Of a stretch of DNA of 34,101 bases, positions 20,738 to 29,345 are shown in pieces. The translations under genes were made by a program, and so were the position numbers. Every line of letters begins with the position of its first letter. Position 1 is the stretch's first letter. The DNA lies in sequence record SRR31156797_7246; one strand, written 5' to 3'. The notes under the pieces are model-generated. The model saw only the letters and a program-made list of their open reading frames with translations. It ran no database searches and was not told the origin of the DNA.

Positions 20738-21718
20738 TCAATACTGTCCAGCGCTGCCGAGTACATTTATGTTTTTCTCTTTGATAAGCTTGATAAGTTC
20801 GTCTCTTGCTGGCCCAAGGTACTTGCGCGGGTCAAATTCTGCAGGGTTTTCACCAAATACTTTGCGGATGATAGCAGTCATCGCCAAGCGTCCGTCACTA
20901 TCTATATTAATCTTACACACAGCGGATTCTGCCGCACGGCGAAGCTGTTCAGCTGGAATACCAACAGCACTCTCAAGGTTGCCTCCGTACGCATTGATCA
21001 TGTCAACATGCTTAGGGGTAACAGAAGAAGCGCCATGCAAGACGATTGGATACCCTGGAAGAAGCGTTTCAATTTTATCTAAAATGTCAAAGCGCAACGG
21101 GGGAGGCTGCTCACCAGGTGCCAACTTGAATTTATGTGCCCCATGGGATGTCCCGATCGATATCGCAAGGCTATCCACACCGGTTTTACCCACAAATTCT
21201 TCTACCTCTTCCGGCTTTGTGTAATGCGAAACTTCTGAGGAAACCTCATCTTCAATCCCGGCCAGTACGCCAAGCTCTCCTTCTACCGTTACATTATATT
21301 TATGTGCGTATTCTACCACCTCTCTGGTAAGCCGCATGTTTTCTTCAAAAGAATGATGTGAGCCATCAATCATGATTGATGAAAAGCCATAATCAATACA
21401 ATCCTTGGCCAGCTCAAAGGTGGAGCCATGATCAAGGTGCAAGGCTATGGGAATCGTGCTGCCCATATCCCTTGCCATCGCAACAGCTCCTTGCACCATA
21501 TGGGGTAAAAAAACAGGGTCTGCATACTTTCTGGCGCTGCCTGAAACCTGAAGAATAACAGGGGAGTTGGACTGAGCACACCCTGTGACAATAGCCTGCA
21601 GCTGCTCCATATTGTTAAAATTATATGCAGGGATTGCGTATTTTCCCTGCATTGCCTTGGTAAACATCTCTTTGGTGTTAACCAGGCCAAGATTTTCATA
21701 TCGAATTGGATTTGTCAT
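20738..21718 (-). CDS. fba: Class II fructose-1,6-bisphosphate aldolase
   Basis: ALHLDHG, MIDGSH, VEGELGVL, GTSHGAHK, VLHGASS, KINIDSDGR, FDPRKYLG. Confidence 0.95.
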   Translation of the reverse strand: MTNPIRYENLGLVNTKEMFTKAMQGKYAIPAYNFNNMEQLQAIVTGCAQSNSPVILQVSGSARKYADPVFLPHMVQGAVAMARDMGSTIPIALHLDHGSTFELAKDCIDYGFSSIMIDGSHHSFEENMRLTREVVEYAHKYNVTVEGELGVLAGIEDEVSSEVSHYTKPEEVEEFVGKTGVDSLAISIGTSHGAHKFKLAPGEQPPPLRFDILDKIETLLPGYPIVLHGASSVTPKHVDMINAYGGNLESAVGIPAEQLRRAAESAVCKINIDSDGRLAMTAIIRKVFGENPAEFDPRKYLGPARDELIKLIKEKNINVLGSAGQY

Positions 21719-21806
21719 AATGAATCTCCATTACGTATCTGGATAATGAAACAGGGTGATTGTATACCGTATACTGCTGTTGTTTTATGAAATCATAACA
21801 AACCTG

Positions 21807-22736
21807 TTATATCTCTCTTAGCTGAACCTGTGATAACAGTTCGTTTACCTGCTCACGGGTACCAACTGATGTGCCTTTTTGGCTGGCAGTGGCAGCTCCA
21901 CAGGCAATTCCTTTACAGAGGGCACCCTGCATACTATCGCCGCAGCTGAGTCCCCAGACAACCCCGGCAACCATGGAGTCTCCAGCCCCGATGGGGTTGG
22001 CAGTAACTATTTTGGGGCTGGCTGCCAACCATGCCTTGTTTTTATCGACCAATACAGCTCCCTTTTCTCCAAGGGAGATAATTACACTAGCAGGGCCCAT
22101 GGCTGAGATTGCATTACCAACTGCTGCTATCTCTGCGGGAGTGTTAACAGGCAGCCCGGTAAGCTCATGTGCTTCTTCATCATTGGGTTTAACAAGCAAA
22201 GGCTTGGATCCGCAGTTTTGGCGTAAGGCCTCGTCGCTGGTATCGAGAAATACCTTTGCTCCGGCTGACTGGATGATGCTAATCAGCTCAGTATAGTATG
22301 TAGGCGGAACCCCGGGAGGCAGACTTCCGGCAAGCACCCACCAGTCTCCGGCCTGAACCCAGTCGCCTATTTTTTGTGCCAGTTGCGCAAGATCAGCCTC
22401 AGTGATGGTCGGCCCAGGCTCATTGACTTTTACATAGCGGCCGTTTTCACTGCTTACTATACTCACGTTGGTGCGGGTGTCACCTTCCACCCAGACGAAA
22501 TCAGTCTCAATTCCCAGTGATTGGAGCTTCTCACTCAGCATTTCCCCATTTTTACCAGCAGCAAAACCCAACGCCACACTCGATATGCCCAGTGATTTGA
22601 GCATGCGGGCAACATTGAACCCTTTTCCGCCGCAATCCACCCGCCACTCCGAAGCGCGCAGGACTGTATCAAACGCAATCTCGTCAACCGTTAATTCCCG
22701 GTCAACTGCTGGATTGAGTGTTACAGTGAATATCAT
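21807..22736 (-). CDS. fruK: 1-phosphofructokinase-family hexose kinase (PfkB/FruK/LacC group)
   Basis: MIFTVTLNPAVD, GGKGFNVAR, TRTNV, AGSLPPG, VKPNDEEA, IGAGDSMVAG. Confidence 0.85.
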   Translation of the reverse strand: MIFTVTLNPAVDRELTVDEIAFDTVLRASEWRVDCGGKGFNVARMLKSLGISSVALGFAAGKNGEMLSEKLQSLGIETDFVWVEGDTRTNVSIVSSENGRYVKVNEPGPTITEADLAQLAQKIGDWVQAGDWWVLAGSLPPGVPPTYYTELISIIQSAGAKVFLDTSDEALRQNCGSKPLLVKPNDEEAHELTGLPVNTPAEIAAVGNAISAMGPASVIISLGEKGAVLVDKNKAWLAASPKIVTANPIGAGDSMVAGVVWGLSCGDSMQGALCKGIACGAATASQKGTSVGTREQVNELLSQVQLREI

Positions 22737-22739
22737 ATC

Positions 22740-24476
22740 TCACCCCTTCCAGTATTTTTCAAAAAGTGCTTCCTCAGCCTCTTGAGTCCACATATTTCCA
22801 GGTTCAAGTTTCTCCGCTACTTCTGGTAGAATGTCTGCAAGCTCATCTAAACCTATTAACGGTAAATCCTCTATCTGCGGAAAGATGACTATCTTTCCGG
22901 CATACTTTCCTTCGATAACCGCCTGGATACCTTCCTTGGCCACATTCATTCCGCCGATCGCCCCAACACTGCGGCCGGGGGAAAGCGAACCAAGAGACGC
23001 CTGGCTGAGCACCTGTCGCTGATCGTCCAGGGTGAGGCCGGAAGTTCCCGTGTACTGGCCATTACTCATGTAGACGTTACTCAGATTCATGGGTGCCATG
23101 GTACCGTTTGGTACGCCCGCAAAGAAAACGAGCATACCGTTTTCATTCATCAGAGTATCGCCTTCTGCCATTACACCCGCAATGGGAACACTGACAACGA
23201 CATCATCGGCTCCTTTTCCATCAGTTGTCGCCATAACAAAATCATGGAGTGACTGCTGGTTTGTCTGGGGGTTAAAGGTGAGCAGCTTCCTTCCGTTCTT
23301 TTCTGCCAGTGGTGCGAAACGATCTTTGATCGCATCAAGGCGCTGGTCGCTTACCTCTGTGGCAATGACTGTTGTTGGTCCATCGGGCAGTTCAAGTGCT
23401 CTCTGGACGTGCATCTGACCCATAGGGCCGCCGGCACCGACAAAGACTGTGGTGCCATTGGGGAGCAGTTCGCATCTGTTGCGTTTTTCGCCATAGGATG
23501 CTGCGATATCCGGGCCTTGGTTGCCGAGATAGGCTGTATAGTCGTAGTGGAGGCGACCGACATCTGTATCGACCAGTCCATCCAGCGGGGTTTTGCCGAC
23601 CATATTCATGGTTCCCCGACGGGCTATAAACTTAGCTGCAGTGCCAACAACCTCGGCGGAGCGAGGATCGAGCATGACAATATCATCATAACCGTTGCCG
23701 TTGGTGAACTCCTTGGCCAAATCATCGAACTGATCAACGGTGATACCGTTACGAACCTCTACCCTGGCAGATGTCTTCTCGGCAAGTTCGGCAATGGCTT
23801 CCGGCACGTCAGAGAGGATGATGACAGCAGGAGCATCCAAACCTTTGGAAAAGGTGTATTGGGCAGTGTCCCCAGGAGTGCCGATTATCCACATCACACC
23901 GCCTTGTTTAGGATCCAGGCGCCTGCGCTGGGTGTAGGCTGCCAGAACACATCCCCATGGTTCTAGAAGCGATGCCTCGGCATATCCCAAGGATTCGTCA
24001 ACCGGCAGCAGACACTCTCCCTCGTCAGTCTCAAGCATTTCCGGGCCGATCAGGTGATACTGGATAAGACCGCCTGGGATAGTGTACCCGTACGCGGTAC
24101 TCTTACCGTCCTGGTAGATATCAGGCTGTACCGCCACACGCTGTCCCGAACTGTATTTTCCCTTCAACTCTTCACCCACTTTAACGATCGTAAGGGCCGC
24201 TTCATGACCAAGTCTGGTCGGCTCTTTAGTGAGATCACGGTTGTACAGTTTTGGGTGTTTCCTACCCATATTGATTAACTTTACATCGGAAAAACAGAGT
24301 CCAACACTGTCAACTCGTACCAGTAGTTGGTTTGCCCCAGGTGTTGGCACTGAGAAAGGTTCAGGTTTTCCATTTTTTCCTATATTCTCTTCACCTGCTC
24401 CGTACATGTTCCATGTAAGGTTTTTTTTAGGTAAGTCGAGGTCGACCGTATGGTATCGATTGTATTGTGATGTCAT
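22740..24476 (-). CDS. Zinc-dependent MDR dehydrogenase, L-sorbose-1-phosphate reductase (SorE)-like, with duplicated Rossmann domain
   Basis: Catalytic Zn ligands GLC61FSD, LGH91E and LE172PWGC; no structural-Zn Cys cluster; GAGGPMG nucleotide-binding motif; 578 aa with an internal repeat. Confidence 0.85.
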   Translation of the reverse strand: MTSQYNRYHTVDLDLPKKNLTWNMYGAGEENIGKNGKPEPFSVPTPGANQLLVRVDSVGLCFSDVKLINMGRKHPKLYNRDLTKEPTRLGHEAALTIVKVGEELKGKYSSGQRVAVQPDIYQDGKSTAYGYTIPGGLIQYHLIGPEMLETDEGECLLPVDESLGYAEASLLEPWGCVLAAYTQRRRLDPKQGGVMWIIGTPGDTAQYTFSKGLDAPAVIILSDVPEAIAELAEKTSARVEVRNGITVDQFDDLAKEFTNGNGYDDIVMLDPRSAEVVGTAAKFIARRGTMNMVGKTPLDGLVDTDVGRLHYDYTAYLGNQGPDIAASYGEKRNRCELLPNGTTVFVGAGGPMGQMHVQRALELPDGPTTVIATEVSDQRLDAIKDRFAPLAEKNGRKLLTFNPQTNQQSLHDFVMATTDGKGADDVVVSVPIAGVMAEGDTLMNENGMLVFFAGVPNGTMAPMNLSNVYMSNGQYTGTSGLTLDDQRQVLSQASLGSLSPGRSVGAIGGMNVAKEGIQAVIEGKYAGKIVIFPQIEDLPLIGLDELADILPEVAEKLEPGNMWTQEAEEALFEKYWKG

Positions 24477-24509
24477 GGTTATCTCCTAGGAGTGTTAAAA
24501 TGTTATATG

Positions 24510-27140
24510 CTACAACAGATCGTCGTTAATTTTATACAACTCCATAATGGCTTCTGAACTTTCCAGTTCTAATGCTTTACTGGCTTTTTCTTGTAATTTA
24601 CTATAGTTTACTGCGCGGATAATATTTTTCACCGCCCCCACATTGGCGGGGCTGACGGACAGTTCACTTACCCCCAATCCGACCAGAAGTGTTGCGAGAT
24701 TAGGATTTGCCGCCGCATTGCCGCACACACCAACCCATTTGCCATGGGCCTGTGCACCTTTTACCGTCATCTCAATCATTTTCACCAATGCGGGATGGTA
24801 ACTGTCCGCTTCATTACAAAGCTCAGAATGCCCGCGATCTATGGCCAACGCATACTGGGTTAAGTCATTGGATCCGATGGAAAAGAAATCCACTTCCTTG
24901 GCCAAATGCTCTGCAACCATCACCGCTGACGGCACCTCAATCATGATACCCAACGGTAGTTGGGGAGCGTTTAACTGCGTACGAACACTCTCGGCAATAT
25001 CTCGCGCTTTTTGCCACTCCGACATTCTACCGATCATGGGAAACATAATGTGCATCCCGGTTGATCCGGTTGTCTCTTGCTGCCAGAGTGCGGTCTGGTA
25101 AATGGCTTCCAGTTGACGCCTGAACATGTCTTCATATTTAAACGAAAGGCGGATTCCCCGCATGCCCAGGAACGGGTTTTCTTCATGGGGGATATGCATC
25201 CAGGACACAGGTTTGTCTCCGCCAATATCCGCCGTACGCACGATCAACTGGCGATTGCCAAGTTGCAGGGCAATAGTTTTGAGACTCTCGCATTGCTCTT
25301 CAACTGATGGTTCAGCATGGGAAGATTCAAAAAGAAATTCTGTCCGTAACAGGCCCACACCTTCGCCGCCATGTTCCAAAACAAGTTTCGCGTCTTCAGG
25401 TTTGGCGATATTACATACGACCTCGATGTAGTGACCATCAAGTGTTTCAGCAGCTTTATGTTTTTGAGAATCTTCAGCTTTGCGGATCTGGTCCCACTGC
25501 TCAACCCATTTCAACCCGTTTTTCTGGGTAGCTTCATTGGGGTCAACGTAAATGGATGATGCCTGAGGATCGACTATAATCAAATCACCATCCACAATGT
25601 TCTCAAGACTCTCCTCGCCCAGGCCAACCACGGCCGGAATTCCCAGGGCCCTGGCAAGGATCGCCATATGACTGTTGGGGCCACCAAGTTCAGTACAGAT
25701 GCCGCGAACCTTCAGCCCGTGCAAACCGGCTGTTTGGGAAGGTGTTAAATCTTTTGCCATTAAAACGAAATCGTCTTGCGGATACTCAACAGCTGATGCC
25801 GCAGGCACCATCAGGGCCAATACCCGATCACGCACATCGATCAGGTCGGCAATTCTTGCCCTTAACCGCTCGTTGTCAACCGTTTTCAATGATTCAACCT
25901 GCTTTTCAATGGCTTGGTGGAAAGACCAGGCCGCTGTTTTCCCATTGAAAATGGATTTTTCGCAGTCGGTTAGTACAAGTTCGTCCTGCAGCAATTGCTT
26001 TTGAGCATGTAAAATAGCTGCTTCTTTTGGCGCCCTGGTTTGCAGGTTGGCTTGCAGTTCATCCAGTTGATGTGCGGCCTCTGTCAGAGCAGTGCCAAAA
26101 AGATTGGCCTCGACCTTAGGGTCTTTTGCATCCACCTCATACTTTATCTTTCCGACCTGTAATCGAAATGCAGGTGCCATGGTAATACCAGGTGATGCAG
26201 CCGAACCACTTATCGTCTTGCGACACCCAACGTCGGGCAGAGCGGACAAAACCGTTAAAGGGTTATAAGATGCACTGTCCTGTTCATCATCGTCGTCCAA
26301 TCCCTGATTAATCATTTTAGCCAGAACTTGAACGGCCTGCTGCGCCTCAGGCCCCTCAGCGGATACTATCAGAGCATCGCCTTGACTTGCGCCCATGGCT
26401 AAAAGAGATGCCATGGATTTAGCAATTGCTGTTTTCTGATCGTTTCGAATGCGAATATCTGTTCCTGGAAATTTTGCAGCCTGTTCTGAAATTAAGCTGG
26501 CGGGGCGGGCATGCATCCCTTGAGCGTCAACAACCTTGGCCTCTTTTGTAACAAAATAGTCTTCCAGTTGTTCGGCAGGTGCCTGCTTCACGTCGTTCAG
26601 CGCATTCAGAATATCCGTTTTGTCGGTTGTGGTTGCAAGTTGGTCGGCTAAAGTTTCATCCATAACCACATTGGTCAACCGTTCGAGTAGTTTCAAATGG
26701 TCTTTGCCCTTTGCCGCAATACCTACGATCAGACGAGCTACGTCTCCCTTGTCATTCCAGGTGACGCCTTGGGGTGCCTGTACAATAAAAACACCGGTTT
26801 GTATCACCTGCTCTTTTGCTTCGTTTACACCATGTGGGATTGCTACTCCATTAATCAGGTAGGTGCTGACTTTTTCTTCACGCCCAACCAATGCTTCCAA
26901 ATAGTCTCCACTGACGAGACCTAAAGATGACAAGTTTTGAGAAATCAGCTCCAGCACATCGTCCTTAGTCGCCACTTGGGCATTTAATAAAATCTGGGCA
27001 GGATTTACCGTCAGAGTATCTTCCGCAGCAGCTTTGGTATCTTGCGGCGCGGATGCCTGAACAACTTCCTCGGATACTTCAGGTTTCTCTGTGATCTCTG
27101 ATTTTTCTTGACCACCGAGCAATTTTTTAAAAAAAGACAT
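24510..27140 (-). CDS. PTS multiphosphoryl transfer protein: EIIA(Fru/Mtl)-HPr-Enzyme I fusion
   Basis: EIIA STYLINGVAIPHG; HPr GMHARPA...AKS; EI GGPNSHMAILARALGIPAVVG, VGLLRTEFLF, SIGSNDLTQY. Confidence 0.93.
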   Translation of the reverse strand: MSFFKKLLGGQEKSEITEKPEVSEEVVQASAPQDTKAAAEDTLTVNPAQILLNAQVATKDDVLELISQNLSSLGLVSGDYLEALVGREEKVSTYLINGVAIPHGVNEAKEQVIQTGVFIVQAPQGVTWNDKGDVARLIVGIAAKGKDHLKLLERLTNVVMDETLADQLATTTDKTDILNALNDVKQAPAEQLEDYFVTKEAKVVDAQGMHARPASLISEQAAKFPGTDIRIRNDQKTAIAKSMASLLAMGASQGDALIVSAEGPEAQQAVQVLAKMINQGLDDDDEQDSASYNPLTVLSALPDVGCRKTISGSAASPGITMAPAFRLQVGKIKYEVDAKDPKVEANLFGTALTEAAHQLDELQANLQTRAPKEAAILHAQKQLLQDELVLTDCEKSIFNGKTAAWSFHQAIEKQVESLKTVDNERLRARIADLIDVRDRVLALMVPAASAVEYPQDDFVLMAKDLTPSQTAGLHGLKVRGICTELGGPNSHMAILARALGIPAVVGLGEESLENIVDGDLIIVDPQASSIYVDPNEATQKNGLKWVEQWDQIRKAEDSQKHKAAETLDGHYIEVVCNIAKPEDAKLVLEHGGEGVGLLRTEFLFESSHAEPSVEEQCESLKTIALQLGNRQLIVRTADIGGDKPVSWMHIPHEENPFLGMRGIRLSFKYEDMFRRQLEAIYQTALWQQETTGSTGMHIMFPMIGRMSEWQKARDIAESVRTQLNAPQLPLGIMIEVPSAVMVAEHLAKEVDFFSIGSNDLTQYALAIDRGHSELCNEADSYHPALVKMIEMTVKGAQAHGKWVGVCGNAAANPNLATLLVGLGVSELSVSPANVGAVKNIIRAVNYSKLQEKASKALELESSEAIMELYKINDDLL

Positions 27141-27275
27141 AATGATCTCCTTTAAAATTGTGTCGATCCTTGAACAGGTCCAACGCCTGCGGCATTACTG
27201 CCACCGCATTAGCAATAACATCTACCCGAGCATCCCATGACCATTTCTGGTGAGAAGCTCGGGCTAACAGAGCCG

Positions 27276-28655
27276 TTATACCAGTTTGGCTACCAAGTCA
27301 TCATAGAAGCTGGCGTCCATGAAGTTATCGATGCTAAAATGTTGAGCATTGGGTAATTGGGTTCGGGCCCGATCCGTCAACTCATTCTGGGTTATGACGA
27401 TGTCCGCATCTTTCAGGTCATTAATAGCTTGGTTGGTAACTTCAATATCTAAGCCGGCATCATTAATCTTGCCCCTCAGTACTGTGGCTCCCATGGCCGA
27501 TGAGCCCATGCCGGCATCGCAAGCCACCACAATTTTTCGAATACTTTTCGCCGCGACAGGAGTCGCCTGTCCTTTTGCTTCGGACTTACTTGCTGCAACA
27601 GCAGCTGTGGCAGCATCCAGGTCATCACTTTCAGAAGCATCTGTGCGAATGAGTAAGGCTCCAATGAGGAACGAAGTGAAAGCGGACAAGGCAATGGAAC
27701 TCAAGGTCAAGACAATACCCATTCCTTTTGTGGACATCAGGGTTAACGCAAATACAGAACCCGGAGATGGAGGACCAACCAAAGCGTTACCTGTGAACAT
27801 GTTAAAACCAACGCCCACCATACCACCAGCGATCACAGCAACAATCAATCGTGGCTTCATTAAAATATAAGGAAAATATATTTCATGAATGCCGCCCAGG
27901 AAATGAATGATGGATGCGCCATAGGCTGATTTTTGTGCAGTGCCTTTACCAACAACCATATAAGCGATGAGGATACCCAAGCCAGGGCCGGGGTTGGTTT
28001 CTATCAGGTAGTAAATGGAAGAACCGACATTAGCTGCTTGTTCTGCGCCCAAAGGCGTAAAGACGCCATGGTTGATGGCGTTGTTTAAGAATAGAATTTT
28101 TGCAGGTTCTACAATGATTGACACCAGAGGCAAGAGGGACATGTCGACAATCCAGCCTACGCCCTTTGCCAGTGCCGCTGTAATTACAGAAACGACCGGG
28201 CCAATTACCACGTAGGCAATCAAGGCTATCAACATGGAGATGATGCCGAGAGAGAAGTTGTTGACCAACATTTCAAACCCAGGTTTGATTTTACCGTGGA
28301 CCTTCTCGTCGAATTTCGTTATCGCCAGACCTCCCAGTGGACCAGCAATCATGGCACCCATGAACATTGGAATGCCACCACCGACAATGACCCCCATTGT
28401 CGTAACGGCACCTGCTACGGCACCGCGGTCACCACCGATCATCTTGCCACCGGTATAACCGATCAATAGAGGCAGCAAGTACGTAATCATAGGACCAACC
28501 AGTGACGCTAATTGTTCGTTAGGCAACCAACCTGTTGGTATAAAGAACGCAGTAATTAACCCCCAAGCGATAAATGCCCCAATATTTGGCATTACCATAC
28601 CACTTAAGAACCTTCCAAATGACTGAACACCTACCTTCACAGCATTAGCGGACAT
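27276..28655 (-). CDS. mtlA: PTS mannitol-family transporter subunit IICB
   Basis: VQSFGRFLSGMVMPNIGAFIAWGLITA, EPAKILFLNNAINHG, ETNPGPGLG, GGIHEIYFPY, and the EIIB motif VACDAGMGSSAMGA. Confidence 0.95.
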   Translation of the reverse strand: MSANAVKVGVQSFGRFLSGMVMPNIGAFIAWGLITAFFIPTGWLPNEQLASLVGPMITYLLPLLIGYTGGKMIGGDRGAVAGAVTTMGVIVGGGIPMFMGAMIAGPLGGLAITKFDEKVHGKIKPGFEMLVNNFSLGIISMLIALIAYVVIGPVVSVITAALAKGVGWIVDMSLLPLVSIIVEPAKILFLNNAINHGVFTPLGAEQAANVGSSIYYLIETNPGPGLGILIAYMVVGKGTAQKSAYGASIIHFLGGIHEIYFPYILMKPRLIVAVIAGGMVGVGFNMFTGNALVGPPSPGSVFALTLMSTKGMGIVLTLSSIALSAFTSFLIGALLIRTDASESDDLDAATAAVAASKSEAKGQATPVAAKSIRKIVVACDAGMGSSAMGATVLRGKINDAGLDIEVTNQAINDLKDADIVITQNELTDRARTQLPNAQHFSIDNFMDASFYDDLVAKLV

Positions 28656-28670
28656 AAACGGACCTCCTCA

Positions 28671-28782
28671 TTACATGGTTAACAAATTCTCCATAATCAA
28701 ATCCCAGGTGATGAATGCATCAATGTTGGGGGATGATTATTTCTCTTGGCGAGCCACCAAATTTTTGAGTTGTTTCTTGCTT
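28671..28782 (-). pseudogene. Degenerate remnant of a second mtlA 5' end
   Basis: Minus strand reads KQETTQKFGGSPREIIIP/NIDAFITWDLIM with one extra C in the C5 run (plus-strand G run 28728-28732). It aligns to MtlA KVGVQSFGRFLSGMVMPNIGAFIAWGLIT. Confidence 0.7.
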
Positions 28783-28895
28783 TTGAGACTCCCTTTCTCG
28801 TGGGTTTGTGTAAGTTAGCCACACTCCTTACTTTTTTTTAGGTAATTCGATTGGCCTTTTCCGTGAAACTTTCACTGTCAGTGTCATTTTTAAGT

Positions 28896-28925
28896 ACTGT
28901 AAACGATTACAATATAAAGTGTCAA
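28896..28925 (-). promoter_or_regulatory. Sigma70-type promoter of the PTS operon
   Basis: Minus strand TTGACA-N18-TACAGT, about 240 bp upstream of mtlA. Confidence 0.65.
28898..28911. promoter_or_regulatory. LacI-family operator O1
   Basis: Near-palindrome TGTAAACGATTACA with central CG, overlapping the -10/spacer of the mtlA promoter. Confidence 0.8.
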
Positions 28926-29049
28926 TATTTTTTTGCACAGATATCTAGTGTTCAAGGTGTAATTCTTTGTTTTTCTTATGTGCCTGTTGTTTCATAATTT
29001 GTGTTGGTGTGGTGGCAGGGTGTAGCGTGAGCTGATACTGAAAGGACTA

Positions 29050-29063
29050 CGTAAACGTTTTCA
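29050..29063. promoter_or_regulatory. LacI-family operator O2 (auxiliary)
   Basis: CGTAAACGTTTTCA, similar to O1 and O3. Confidence 0.55.
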
Positions 29064-29269
29064 TTAAAAGGTGTAGCGTGATGAGCTGGAACCGCTGTGG
29101 CTACACGTTTGTTTGCCTACCTGTATTGTGTGATACATAACGTGGACCTCATCTGTTGTTGCTTTTTTCAGGTATTTGTCAGGTAGCGGGAGAGATTTGC
29201 TCATACTCATTTATTCCTGCAGTACAGCTATGTTTACGCACTGCATTAAGTTAAAAGCAGTGAAATTGT

Positions 29270-29298
29270 TTGACGTTGATATTGCAAACGATTACATT
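29270..29298 (+). promoter_or_regulatory. Sigma70-type promoter of the LacI gene with embedded operator O3 (29283-29296)
   Basis: TTGACG-N17-TACATT containing TGCAAACGATTACA, which matches O1 at 13 of 14 positions. Confidence 0.75.
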
Positions 29299-29345
29299 GA
29301 TTGTGTCCGTCAGATTTTTTCCCACGAAAGATTGAAGAGGTATTA

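Noticed and set aside
27225-27263. CCCGAGC...GCTCGGG hairpin between mtlA and the PTS fusion gene as a terminator or REP
   Set aside because: No U-tract on the minus strand and no other copy in the window; at most an mRNA-stabilising stem.
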